Shown: positions 1 through 11,030 of the stretch, one piece after another
Layout: every line of letters starts with the position of its first letter
Position numbering within the stretch: the first letter of the stretch is position 1
Assembly: GCA_000165345.1 (NCBI GenBank)
Contig: CM000430.1
Coordinates: 416,001-480,000 of the forward strand
Direction of reading: 5' to 3'
DNA length: 64,000 nt
The notes under the pieces: generated by a model
Told to the model about the DNA's origin: nothing
The model's input: the letters and a program-made list of their open reading frames with translations, nothing else
The model's database searches: none
Position numbers and translations under genes: made by a program

Positions 1-96
1 TAAACAATGTGATAAATAGTTGTTTTTTTGATGCCGCCATTTATATGACCCTTAATTATTCATAAAAATTTCATTAATACGGAGATGAATTAGCTT

Positions 97-2259
97 TTGG
101 CTCCGCAAAAAGTTGCGTTTGTAGTAATAATGTCAATAGAGAGACCTTTTGATTATAAAACTTCATCTCTTTCATCATGGAATTTACAAGAATACATAGC
201 AACTTTGTCTAGCACGAATACATGCCTATTATTTGAAGATATTTCTTGTGTAACTGAATTATTTTCGTCCCTTTCTGAGATACAACAGAATATTGTATCT
301 AGACTTATGATTTTGGGAAATGGATATGGAAATTACATAGGAGAACAAGCTATGAATATATGGATACTTACAACAAAAAGAAATGAATTGGAATATGCAA
401 TTAGGAAATTAAGATCATTAAAAATAATTAAAGTCAATGTACTAGATTCTAACTCCCAAAAAAGTTCATCTGATTCTATTTCTGTGCAATACCAATTAAA
501 CCCAATATTTCAAAAAACTTTATCTAAATTTTTGTATGAAGGGGATATATCTATTGGATTTGAAATGCCAAAGAGAAAATCCGAGATAAAGATCTCGTAT
601 GAATCTCTCACGAAGTTTGTAAGAAAACAATGGAGTAATATTTTGAATATTATTGTTCAATTAAGCGGGAGTCAAAATGTTCCAAAAAATAGTGCTAATA
701 CATTTTATAAATTCAAATTAATTTCCCCGGACACAATAAAAGTTCTGGATAATATCCAATTAATTTCTTGCGATATTGGGAAATACAACAAAAGAAATTC
801 TTCTAATTCAAAGGGACTTAGAATTCAAATTGATAGTAGTTTATCTCAAGAAAGTAATGAACAGTTATTTGATGGTTTTGATCAAGAGGATAGATTTGGA
901 TCTCAAAATGACCAAAATGCACTAGACATATACAACGAGATAAAATATGGTATGGCTGGAAGCAATTCTAACAGTGAAGAAGAATATTTGCCAACCAATA
1001 ATTTAAAAATTAAACCAAAGAAGAGAGTTATTAGTGCCAAACATACCCTTGCAAAAAACCAAGTTGATAAAATATTTGAACAGAAGTTGACACCAAAAGC
1101 TTTTTGTTGGTTACTTTGTGATAGCTGTAATCAATTGTTAATGCTTCTTAATGGATTTATAAAATTAGTAGAGCTTGAGTCAAACATTGAAAATGGAGAA
1201 TACAATTTTAGTCAAATAAACAGTGAAAATATACTAAACCCAACAATTACAAATGTAATAAGTCTAATAATGCGTATTTCAAGTTCAAAAGTTGGCCAGC
1301 CAATTTCAATACATAAGAAAACGAATAATAATATTTTGATGCGATTTGTTTTGTTTGCATATGATTTAGGACTGCTCTATTTTGATGAATCTATTATTGA
1401 GAGTAGTCTATATTCTTTGAAAAATAGATTCGAAAATCTTCGTGATTTAAATATTGAATTATTGTACACTACTCCTTTTTCATTGTTGATTGGCTCTGAG
1501 GGTCTGAAACTTCAAAGTTTATACTCTGCATTTAAAATTGATGACAACTTGATTCAAAAAAGTGACCCCGAAAATATCCAAAATTTTCTTCTTCCATCAC
1601 ATTTTTATTTTGACGAAGAATTATGGCATAAATCAACAACTGAAACAAGCAATGTAAAAATAAACGAACCTAACTGTTTGAGTATGAACTCTACTCGTCT
1701 CGAGGCAGGAATTATTGTTCAAAGTAACTTTAGGATTTACTGTTATACAGCATCTCCATTACAAGCCAAGATTCTTAGACATCTATGTCAAGTTAAGGTT
1801 CGTGGCCCAAACATCATTTGTGGAATATTGACTAGGAAAGGCTTGTTATCCGCATATTCAATGGGAGTGTCAGCTGAACAAATACTTAGATTTTTTTCCA
1901 GCAACGCGCATCCAATAATATTAAGGCGATTTATGTTAGAAGGAACGAGTATTATACCTGTGAATGTAGAAACGCAGTTGAAACTATGGGAGAAAGACAA
2001 AAATAGACTCAAAATTTCCCATGCAAGCACCTTTTCAGACTGGGGAGCAAGCCCTAACGATATTCAGCTATTTAGACAAACGATACTCTATGCAAGAAGT
2101 AAAGACATATTACTTTACAATTCCCCCATTGAATTAACAGAAAAAGAACTAAACTTAAATGTTGAATTACAAAAAAAGATTATATTAGTTATAAAACAGG
2201 AATATGAAGATGATATTAAGACTTTTATTCGAACAAAAAGAGAAGTTATTAATAAATAA
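97..2259 (+). CDS. General transcription factor IIH subunit p52/Tfb2 (GTF2H4)-like, 720 aa
   Basis: Single 2163-nt ORF. The C-terminal block NFRIYCYTASPLQ...QILRFFSSNAHPII...QLKLWEKDKNRLKIS matches the conserved p52/Tfb2 core (NYRLYAYTESELQ...RAHPVM...RLWELERDRLRF) by eye. The N-terminus LQEYIATLSS...VSRLMIL resembles the p52 N-terminus. Contains N/S-rich insertions. Confidence 0.7.
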   Translation: MAPQKVAFVVIMSIERPFDYKTSSLSSWNLQEYIATLSSTNTCLLFEDISCVTELFSSLSEIQQNIVSRLMILGNGYGNYIGEQAMNIWILTTKRNELEYAIRKLRSLKIIKVNVLDSNSQKSSSDSISVQYQLNPIFQKTLSKFLYEGDISIGFEMPKRKSEIKISYESLTKFVRKQWSNILNIIVQLSGSQNVPKNSANTFYKFKLISPDTIKVLDNIQLISCDIGKYNKRNSSNSKGLRIQIDSSLSQESNEQLFDGFDQEDRFGSQNDQNALDIYNEIKYGMAGSNSNSEEEYLPTNNLKIKPKKRVISAKHTLAKNQVDKIFEQKLTPKAFCWLLCDSCNQLLMLLNGFIKLVELESNIENGEYNFSQINSENILNPTITNVISLIMRISSSKVGQPISIHKKTNNNILMRFVLFAYDLGLLYFDESIIESSLYSLKNRFENLRDLNIELLYTTPFSLLIGSEGLKLQSLYSAFKIDDNLIQKSDPENIQNFLLPSHFYFDEELWHKSTTETSNVKINEPNCLSMNSTRLEAGIIVQSNFRIYCYTASPLQAKILRHLCQVKVRGPNIICGILTRKGLLSAYSMGVSAEQILRFFSSNAHPIILRRFMLEGTSIIPVNVETQLKLWEKDKNRLKISHASTFSDWGASPNDIQLFRQTILYARSKDILLYNSPIELTEKELNLNVELQKKIILVIKQEYEDDIKTFIRTKREVINK

Positions 2260-2307
2260 TCCTTAAATTTTTGCTTTAAATCTATCGTATAGATGTAAAA
2301 TTTTTTT

Positions 2308-3951
2308 TCAAACGCTGTCTAATATTTCTAATACCTTACCAACTGCAATAGTTTTTCCCTCATCTCTCAATGTAAATCTTCCTAACTGAGGGCACTTAGC
2401 AAATTCTTCAATGCAAAGAGGATTGGTAAGGGACATGTTGCATGTCAACATATATTGAGATTTTACGAATGCAGGCCTACTCTTCTTTTTTTTCGTTGAT
2501 AATTCAACTCCTTCCAATAATTCCTCAATGCAGACCTCTTCACAAGATGTGTTACAGTGAATAATGCATTCATATCCACTTGTTATTAGCGGCCTTTGTT
2601 CTAACAGTTCAACAAGAAGCAATTGTGCCTTAAACTTCTTAACCACTGGGCATAAATCGCTTTGGGAGCATAAAACAAAACCTTTAGAAAGTGAGTCTTC
2701 ATCTATATTTAGTAACTTTATTCTTACATTTTCACCTGGGCCAGACCATGCATATTCATCCATTTCTTCTCCAAGACAAATGCTTTGTATTTTTGCCTTA
2801 GCACGATTAGGCATTACAACCAAATTATCGCCACATCTAATTGTTCCTAGTTCTATTTTACCCATTGCAATAACGCCATTATCTCTATAGCCGTCCAACA
2901 AAGGAATACGGATTATACCATTATCTTCATTACCTGACGAGCGATCAGGAACAGATAAATATTTATCTAGAATATCAAACAATGTAGGCTTTTCCATACT
3001 ATACCAAGATGCTCTATGATCAAAATACTTTGGATTAGATTGGTCCGAAACATGATATTTCAAATTTTGACCGAGCTGTCCTGAAATTGGGACAAAAAAT
3101 ATGTCTTTGGCAGGATTATAGCCACAAGTTTTCAAATATGGAGTTAGTTTTTTCTCAATTTCATTATAACGATTTTGATCCCACATGCATGTAGGATCAT
3201 CCATCTTGTTAATTGCAACAATTAATTGATTAACTCCTAGTGTTTTTGCAAGCATTGCGTGCTCTCTAGTCTGACCACCTCTTTCAAAACCAGTCTCAAA
3301 CTCACCTTTCCTAGCAGAAATTATTAATACGCCAATATCCGCTTGACTAGCTCCAGAGATCATATTTGGGACAAAACTTTTGTGGCCAGGGGCATCTAGA
3401 ATAGTGAATCTTCTGTTTTTCAAGTTGAATGCAGCCCTCCCCACTTCCACAGTCTTCCCCTTACTTCTTTCCTCTTCATTTGTATCCATAATAAACGCCA
3501 AAAACCACGACTCCCTATTCTTCTCCTTCGCCTCCCTTTCATACTTTTCCATAGTTCGCTGGTCTACTAATCCGCAAGTATACAAAATATTACCACAAGT
3601 AGTTGATTTACCTGCATCAACGTGCCCAATAAAAACGATATTCATATGAGGTCTTGGATCAGGCTCTAACAAAGAGGCATTTATAGATTTTCCTGATGTA
3701 TTATTAGTTGGTTGCGCTATACCAGAAGCTTGAAATTCATTGTTTGAAAGCGTAGAATTCTTATTATTTTCCGAATCAACGTCATTTTGTAAATTTAAAC
3801 TGGTTTCTAATTTTTGGGAAATCTCTTCGGCTTTTACATCTCCTCCAGAGCTACTGCCCCTTAAAGTGTCCTCCCAGCTATTCATGTTATATTCTAAGTA
3901 GCAACAATTTATGTCGATATTTGATTTTAAGACGCAAATCAATAGACACAA
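2308..3951 (-). CDS. Eukaryotic peptide chain release factor GTP-binding subunit eRF3 (GSPT/Sup35 family), 547 aa
   Basis: GTPase motifs NIVFIGHVDAGKST, ILDAPGH, INKMDD, plus ERGGQTREHAMLAKTLGV, which is nearly identical to eRF3 and closer to it than to HBS1 or EF1A. Short N/S-rich N-terminal extension and C-terminal beta-barrel domains follow. Confidence 0.85.
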   Translation of the reverse strand: MCLLICVLKSNIDINCCYLEYNMNSWEDTLRGSSSGGDVKAEEISQKLETSLNLQNDVDSENNKNSTLSNNEFQASGIAQPTNNTSGKSINASLLEPDPRPHMNIVFIGHVDAGKSTTCGNILYTCGLVDQRTMEKYEREAKEKNRESWFLAFIMDTNEEERSKGKTVEVGRAAFNLKNRRFTILDAPGHKSFVPNMISGASQADIGVLIISARKGEFETGFERGGQTREHAMLAKTLGVNQLIVAINKMDDPTCMWDQNRYNEIEKKLTPYLKTCGYNPAKDIFFVPISGQLGQNLKYHVSDQSNPKYFDHRASWYSMEKPTLFDILDKYLSVPDRSSGNEDNGIIRIPLLDGYRDNGVIAMGKIELGTIRCGDNLVVMPNRAKAKIQSICLGEEMDEYAWSGPGENVRIKLLNIDEDSLSKGFVLCSQSDLCPVVKKFKAQLLLVELLEQRPLITSGYECIIHCNTSCEEVCIEELLEGVELSTKKKKSRPAFVKSQYMLTCNMSLTNPLCIEEFAKCPQLGRFTLRDEGKTIAVGKVLEILDSV

Positions 3952-4080
3952 AATTCCAGCGCCAGATGATTAATTGTAAAGGAAATCATTGACCGAAGAT
4001 AATGCGATTGAAATTTTTTAGCAGTTCTGTTTTCTATTAGTGATATAAAGAATTTCACAATATGTAGAGGGAGAAATATC

Positions 4081-5127
4081 TTAAACTAATAATTTTTCAC
4101 ATTGAATAAGTGTAGAATATTCTGGTGAAATATCATCGTCCGGATGTAATTTGCAGTAATCAATTAGGAAAATCATGCGTTTGTTAACTTCTTCTCGGAT
4201 TTTGTCTTTTGATGAACTGCTAAGTTTAGGATTGAAGGCATTAATCAGTTCGAGTAAGGTCTCCGAGATCGTTTCGCCGTATTGAATATTTTGATATTCC
4301 TTGTTAGATATAGAGTTGTTTTTTGAAAGAGTTAAAATAGTATCTATGATCTTACTGTTATTATTTCCAATGATATATTCACTTTTGACTACTCCTTGTA
4401 TTAATAAGTGTCTTAATAGTGACAGTGCTCTTTCACGAACTCCTACATTTTCAGAATGAAGCCACAAAGCAATAAGTGGTATTCCATTATCGGAAATAAA
4501 TGAGCCTTCTAGGGTTTTATTATGGCGTACCAGTGATGATATCGCAGTAATTCCTTTTGATTTATTTGTTTCAGAATCTTCACCTTGAACGCTTTGTTTT
4601 AATAATGATAAAGCTCCTAATTTTGCAAATGAATTTTGTACAGGTAAGTTGTTTTGCATACTCTTTGAAAGTATTTGATATGTAATAGATCTGACTTCTT
4701 CTGAGCGAGACAAACAGCTCAATAATGGTTGAACTATTCCTAATTTCTCAAAGTTTAAGGCACAGTCAGGAAGTTCTACACAACGATCTATTACTGCAAG
4801 TGAGGCAAGCACTTCTTCATCTAAAAAATTTAAGTTTAGTTATTTCACTCCTATTACCAAACTTACCATTCGAAAGACTTAGTTTATCCTTCGCTTCTAA
4901 AATTAATTTATTTGGATCAACCACATTTTTCATAGCTTCTCTAACTGCTCCCTGAAGAAATTCCAATCTTTCTGGGTCAATGTGCCTAATATTAGAATTA
5001 GAATATGTATCCTCTATAAAAATATGTATTACAATTAATAAATAATAAATAGGGTACTTTTATACAGTAATTCGAACATACCAATGTATCTTGAAGACCA
5101 TTTCAAAAGTTGTGACCAGTCGAACAT
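4081..5127 (-). CDS. Hsp70 nucleotide exchange factor Fes1/HspBP1-like (armadillo repeats), 3 exons
   Basis: Model: join complement(4081..4820, 4867..5013, 5082..5127) with GTATGT and GTAAGT donors and TTTTTATAG/TTTTTTAG acceptors. Exon 1 encodes MFDWSQLLKWSSRYIG, matching the Fes1 N-terminal motif MEKLLxWSIANSQG. ILSKSMQNN and AISSLVRHN match Fes1/HspBP1 ARM-repeat landmarks. The ORF track shows only the last exon, with a GTG pseudo-start. Confidence 0.75.
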
Positions 5128-5285
5128 TTTTATAAATAAAATGAAAAGCAAATAATACCATGGCGCGTTGAAGTTGCATAAATAATATCGTTCTTTTCCT
5201 CTTTATAAAAATTGACCAATAACTATATTAATTGAAAAAGCTATAAATGTTTAACTATAACTTTTAGTTAATATTCAGACAAAAT

Positions 5286-8200
5286 ATGAGTTTTAAAGTA
5301 GAAAGTAATCTTGTTCGCTCAAGTACCTTAAAAAGTTACAATAAATCTTATATCAAGAAAACTAGAAGAGGGAAGATTAGAAAAGTCTCAAATGAAATTT
5401 ATGTTAGAAACGAGATACTATGCGGACTTAATTTTTGCACTTTGTGTTACGGGAAATATTCGGGTATTTCAAACCAAAAAGCTCGGAATATTATTTTTCC
5501 TAACTTTGATATATTTAATAAATACAGCGACTTCATTTTAGAAGATGAATCTTTAAATCACGTGGTGATTCCGTATTCAATACTCGACTATTTGAATGAG
5601 ACAGATAGAACCGTTATTAATAAATTAAGAAATAAACTTAGAAACCAAAATGAATTACCAATATTTAAAGAAATTGAACTGACGAGTGAAAATAACTTGT
5701 TTGATTATAATGTTAATCAGTATATTCGATTTCCAGACACGCAATTCACTGAAACATGTTTGAATCACTCAATTAGTAGATTTAATTTTGAAGATTGTGC
5801 TGGAAATTCAATTATAAAAGTAGCTATCTGGTTTATTAATCATTTATCAAAATCCAATATAAATATTCGTTTCTATATTTTGACAGAAAATGAAGAATGG
5901 ATCAAAAAATTTACTTCTAATTTATCATTTGACTCAAAATGTTTTATTGTAAATCCATATGAATATATTAATTTTGTCTCAAACGAATATGTAAATTCTG
6001 GTGATAAACTTCCTTTCAAAACATCGTTGGTGAATGATAATAGCCAACCAGAAAATAATTGCATTTTCACAGAATATGCCTCAGAAAGAGAGATTTTACA
6101 AGGAATTGACAGAGGAGTTTTATTTAAAGGCATATTGCGAATGATTTCTAGAAATAGGGGCGAAATAGAAGTAACAAACAAAAATAGAAAAATGACCGTT
6201 AATATAATTGGGCACCTTAATTTAAATAGGTCTATAGATGGTGACTTAGTTGTTGTTAAACTTGATGAAACATTAAATTGTGATGAAAAGAACTTAAAAT
6301 CCAAAATCAAATCTGAATTGGAGCTTGATCAAATAGAGGATTTTGAACATAGTGAAATAGCGGGAATAGGAAGTATTTTATTAGGAGATGACGATTATGA
6401 CGAAAATTCAGCATTAAACATCCAAAATATTAGCATTCAGAGTATAGAGAATGAAGATAATAATTCATTAGCTTTTTCTGAAAATACCAATTTTTCTGGG
6501 AGGGTTATTGGGGTATTAAGTCGCAATTGGGGTGAGTATTGTGGCTCTTTGGTTCCGATTAATTCAAATGACGATCGATTTAATATTTGCAACAACACCT
6601 CCACAAGGCAACATCGGATTTTTGTTCCAATCGACCCGAAAATACCAAAGATTATAATTCATACAAAACTTTCATCCACTATTGAAAATCAGAGACTAGT
6701 TGTAGTAATTGATGAATGGGACTGCTCATCATTTTATCCCACTGGGCATATAGTAGGAGTATTGGGTAAAGCTGGAGATCTTGAAACAGAAACTTCCGTA
6801 ATTTTACGTATAAGAGATATAAATTCATCTGAATTTTCTCCATCTGTTTTGAAATGCCTTCCAAATAATGATAGAAACGATGATTGGAAGCCGAATGAAA
6901 TTGACTTTAGAGATAGAGTTGATCTAAGAAATAAGTTAGTTTTTTCTGTAGATCCCCCAGGATGCAAAGACATTGATGATGCTCTAAGTATTGAATTGAT
7001 CAACCCAAATGATGATAATTCTCAAGAAAAGTGGTATCTTGTTTCTGTTCATATTGCTGATGTAACGCATTTTGTTAAGCCTAACACTCCAATAGATGAT
7101 GAAGCATCCAGAAGATCTAATACATGTTATCTTGTAAACAAAAGGATAGATATGCTCCCAGAAGAACTCACAACAAATATATGTTCTTTAGTTTCAAATA
7201 AAGATAGATTATCCTTCACATGTAATTGGGAAATTAACGAGAACGCAGAAATTAGAAATGTATACTTTAATAAAACAATAATAAATTCCAAGTACTCTTT
7301 CACATATCTTCAAGCACAAAATATCATTGATGACAAGTGCAACAATTCAGAAATAGCAATTTCTCTAAGAAGACTAATGAAAATTTCTCAAGTTTTAAGG
7401 AAAAATAGAATTAGTCGTGGTGCGATTGAACTCTCTTCTTCAGAAGTAAAAGTTGATTTTGAGGAATCCAGAAACTTATATCAAGACTTAAATCACAATG
7501 ATTTGGGCAAAGAACAAATTTCATCAGTAATTTTGAATATAAAAAATGTATACGCATATAATTATTTGAATACGAACTCAATGGTTGAGGAGTTTATGTT
7601 ATTGGCAAATGTTTCTGTTGCAAGGCAAATCATTTCAAAATTTCCAAACTGTTGTTTATTAAGAAGGCATCCTGAACCAAAGTACGATCAATTAGAGAAG
7701 CTTAAATATGTCCTTTCAAAAGTTGGAATCAGTAATTTTACCTATGAAAATTCATTAAGCTTATCTAACAGTTTGAAAAATATTCTAGATTCAGAAATTA
7801 TAAAGAAAAATCCCATTATTGGAAAATTGGTTCGAATTTTGACAACGCGTACAATGAATCAAGCATTATACTTCACAACTTGCAAATCTGTGGAGGGAAC
7901 ATTTCATTATGGCCTTGCAGAGGAAATATATACTCACTTTACTTCTCCTATTAGAAGATATGCTGATATTATTGTTCATCGTCTACTTTCGGCTTCTATT
8001 GGACTAGAGCCACTATGCGAATTAATTTTTGACAAAGACTATGTAAGTTCATGATATTTTAAATTTATTTTTATTCATTATTATTTTAGATGTTTAAGTT
8101 ATCAAATACGCTCAATAAAAATAAAAGAAATGCTCAAATGGCTGGTAGAGATTCAACAAGACTATTTATTTACCTTTTTTGTAAGCAAAACGGTAATCAA

Positions 8201-8490
8201 GAAACTGAAGGCATTATTATTCAAGTAAGAAATGACTCATTACTAATTTTTGTACCTAAATTCGGCTTTGAAGGTAAGTTAATAATCATTTAAAGGTTTC
8301 TAAATAATTGTTGATAGGCATTGCACCAATTGACAAGAGCAAATATATATTTGATGCTAATGTTCCTTACTTGAAAAATCTAGAGAAAGAAACTGATACT
8401 CTTAAATTATTTGATAAAGTAAAGGTTTCTATATATGCATCAGATGAATACTTCCAAAATAAGGTAATGATTAATATTATTTCTGATTAA
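5286..8490 (+). CDS. Exosome catalytic subunit Dis3/Rrp44 (RNase II/RNB family 3'-5' exoribonuclease), 3 exons
   Basis: Model: join(5286..8042, 8090..8273, 8318..8490). N-terminal CR3 cysteine motif (ILCGLNFCTLCYGK) and a PIN-like region. RNB motifs VFSVDPPGCKDIDDALSI and SPIRRYADIIVHRLL. After a GTAAGT intron, the downstream exons encode NKNKRNAQMAGRDS (the Rrp44 RHKMAQYAQRAS motif) and the S1 domain (LIFVPKFGFEGK). Confidence 0.85.
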
Positions 8491-8606
8491 TAGATATCAA
8501 TCCTTTATTGACAAGTGATTTAAATTGAAAAATTTATTTCCCAATATTATGCAGTGTTAGACCTGAGGTTGAATAATAATGAATATTTACAATAGCACTT
8601 GTTAAC

Positions 8607-9267
8607 TTACGATTTTTGTTCAGCAATACTTTTATCTGCCCTATAGAACGCAAGTTCAGACTCTAATTCTCTAATTGAGTTTTTTATATTCCTTTTCATA
8701 ACCTTTTTGTCAACCGTTGATATCAACTTCTCAAGTTGAATAATTTTTTTCGCTAAAAATAATTAGAATGAAAATTAAATTTTTAATAAACTTACATTCA
8801 ATTTTTTTCCTCTGATGTACTGTTGCAGAAAGAGATGATAATAAGTTAGTCAAAGCATCTGGGCGTATAACAACTAATGGTATCGGATTAATGCTTGGGA
8901 CCGCATCACCATTTCCAGTTGCGGTGTTCCTTATTTCTTCTCGAAGCTTTCCTTGATTGATACTTACAGGAGCAGTGTTAGGGAACTTTAAAGTCATCTT
9001 TATTGTTGTAGTTGGAGCCCCTGGGGTGGAAAAATTATTCAATTCACTAAATATCGGTCTCTTCTTGCTGAAACTCAAAACATCTGCAGCTTCTCCAACC
9101 AAATTGCTTGTGGCTCCATGTAGATTTTCGAGTTCTTTTTCGTGCTGTAATATACTTTGTCTAAGTTCTAGTAAATTGTTGATTTTATTGTCGCATCTAG
9201 CAACGTTTAAACAGTAGAAAAATAAAAATAAATAAGCAATAAATTGAATTCCAATAAAACCTTTCAT
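8607..9267 (-). CDS. Secreted protein (signal peptide plus coiled-coil C-terminus), 2 exons, unknown function
   Basis: Model: join complement(8607..8752, 8796..9267). Hydrophobic N-terminus MKGFIGIQFIAYLFLFFYCLNVARC. A 43-nt GTAAGT...TTTTTAG intron removes the odd ORF tail and adds a heptad-like C-terminus SKKIIQLEKLISTVDKKVMK...ELESELAFYRADKSIAEQKS. Weakly similar to the neighbouring gene at 9589..10155. Confidence 0.5.
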
Positions 9268-9383
9268 TATTAAAGTATATAAAGCCTTTTATCAGGGTTA
9301 TTATCAACCTTTGAGTATTTGAATTTTTTATTTTTGCAAAATAATTTAGTCATGCATTTTATTAAATTCACTTTAAATTTAAT

Positions 9384-9395
9384 TGCATGCATGCA
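9384..9395. promoter_or_regulatory. TGCATGCATGCA palindromic motif (apicomplexan GCATGC-type upstream element)
   Basis: aattgcatgcatgcattcc, read directly; about 120 bp upstream of the secreted-protein gene start at 9267 (minus). Confidence 0.45.
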
Positions 9396-9588
9396 TTCCC
9401 CACAAACTATTATCATTGTAAAAATTTAATTATTTTTTTAATATGAAGCCTGTTCCATTTAAAAAAAAAATGATTAATATAAAAATCCAATTTAGATTTT
9501 GAATCAAAGCAACTAATCAAAGTGTAAAATTAGGATAATATAAATTAATAAATAATTATTTGACTAAACCATTTAATAGTTAAATTTA

Positions 9589-10155
9589 TTATTTATAGAG
9601 TTCTGCATCAGCAGCAAAGTATGCAGCATTTTGCAAAGTACTTTTTAATGATACTGCTACTTGGTCAGAGTTCACTTTTGGATTTGTAACAGCTTGTGCG
9701 AGAGCCTGCTCATCTACATAAGCTGCACTTCCCGGAGTATTTGCTTCTTTTTGATAGCTTGCCGAGAGGCTTTCTATATCTAATATTGGCTGAGGTGAGG
9801 TTATAATTATCGGAACTTTTGGGCCAGTATTTCCAAAAAATGGCAACTCCCCTAAGCCTGATAATGGCCCATAACCAATTGAAAGCGCTATTGTATCTCT
9901 TCCGTGCCTCACTACAGTTGGAGCTGAACCACTTGATTGATTGTTTTTGTCTGTTATTGGGTCTCCAAATCTCGTTTTCCCTAATGCAGTATTTGATGAT
10001 AGTTCCTTTACCATTTCTTCAAGTGTTGCTTGCTGTTCGAGAAATGTTGAATATAAAGCTCTGTTTCCCAATAAATTCACTCTAATTGACCCAATGTAAC
10101 CGCATCCCATAAAGAGGAATATTAATCCAAAAAATAATCTATAATATTTATGCAT
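9589..10155 (-). CDS. Secreted protein (signal peptide), paralog-like to 8607..9267, unknown function
   Basis: 188-aa ORF with hydrophobic N-terminus MHKYYRLFFGLIFLFMGCGYIG. Shares segments with its neighbour: NLLGNRALY...LEEMVKEL versus NLLELRQSI...KELENL, and NTGPKVPIIITSPQPILDIESL versus NTATGNGDAVPSINPIPLVVIRPDAL. Confidence 0.45.
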   Translation of the reverse strand: MHKYYRLFFGLIFLFMGCGYIGSIRVNLLGNRALYSTFLEQQATLEEMVKELSSNTALGKTRFGDPITDKNNQSSGSAPTVVRHGRDTIALSIGYGPLSGLGELPFFGNTGPKVPIIITSPQPILDIESLSASYQKEANTPGSAAYVDEQALAQAVTNPKVNSDQVAVSLKSTLQNAAYFAADAELYK

Positions 10156-10569
10156 TTTGTCTTAAAAAATGAATAATTCAAATAATATTATACTCAAGAA
10201 TTAAAATCCTATGTTCAATTTAAACAATATTGCTAGAACTTCCTGAAATAGGAAAAATGGCTGCATGCGGAAACAGATTGCATGAATAAAAATACATGTA
10301 AAACGATACTTGTCACAAGTGACATTCATACCGCCATGTGTACGCATGATGACCGCCGAGTGTACATGTGGCTGAATTTACAGGTAGATCATTGTGGGGT
10401 CATTTTTACGCCAGTAAATTCAAATAATTTATAATTTATGTGGAAAAAAATATTGCCAGTTATTACAATAAAGTATTTTTAAAAAATATAATAAAAAGTT
10501 GTATATCGCACAAATTCGTAAGTTTGAAAACATGAAGGAGTAGTTAGGCAATTTATTACATTTTAGAAA

Positions 10570-10863
10570 TTGAAAATGACTCAAAACATCAAAACTAAGA
10601 AAGCTACTAAGGTATCAAAGAAAGAAGCAAAAAAAAATAAACCTAAGAGAGCAATGACTGCGTTTATGTATTTTGCTAGCAGTAGAAGAGCAGAGATTAC
10701 AGCAGCAAATCCAAGTTTGAGGTCGCAAGTTGCTGAAGTTGCTAAGATTCTTGGTGAGGAGTGGAGAGGGATGAGTGAATCAGATAAGGCACCATTCCAG
10801 AAGCAGGCAGATGCAGACAAGAAAAGATACGAACGAGAAAAGGCACAAATGGCAGGACAGTAG
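10570..10863 (+). CDS. HMG-box chromatin protein (NHP6/HMGB-like), 97 aa
   Basis: Lys-rich N-terminus followed by an HMG box: PKRAMTAFMYFASSRRAEI...LGEEWRGMSESDKAPFQKQADADKKRYEREKA. Confidence 0.85.
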   Translation: MKMTQNIKTKKATKVSKKEAKKNKPKRAMTAFMYFASSRRAEITAANPSLRSQVAEVAKILGEEWRGMSESDKAPFQKQADADKKRYEREKAQMAGQ

Positions 10864-11030
10864 AAGTATTCGAGTCGTAATCATATCTACTGCAAATTAG
10901 TTTTAACTTATTCCCTACCTCGACTGATTTACGAAACTATACCTGAGTGGAGGGAAATTATGATAAAGGAACCTAGGCCCAATAAAAGTATTATTAGTTC
11001 TCCACTAATCTGTTCATTGTTAAAATCTAA

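Noticed and set aside
1788-2030. Small antisense or overlapping ORFs throughout the track (for example 1788..2030, 2564..2890, 3380..3649, 5873..6310, 9819..10085, 10581..10820, 17641..17880, 19236..19568, 38312..38680, 46269..46508, 49422..51116, 54233..54592, 61786..62211).
   Set aside because: Each lies inside, and opposite to or out of frame with, a long well-supported gene. They are low-complexity translations of the kind expected by chance in AT-rich DNA.
8466-8490. Possible additional GTAATG donor near the end of Dis3.
   Set aside because: The S1 domain is already complete, and orthologs end shortly after the S1 domain. No downstream in-frame exon with recognisable sequence was found.
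10330-10400. C-box-like ATGATGA and D-box-like CTGA in the GC-richer patch upstream of the HMG gene.
   Set aside because: The boxes are only about 22 nt apart and have no flanking stem, too short for a box C/D snoRNA. This is more likely promoter sequence, with TGTACRCATG-like repeats.
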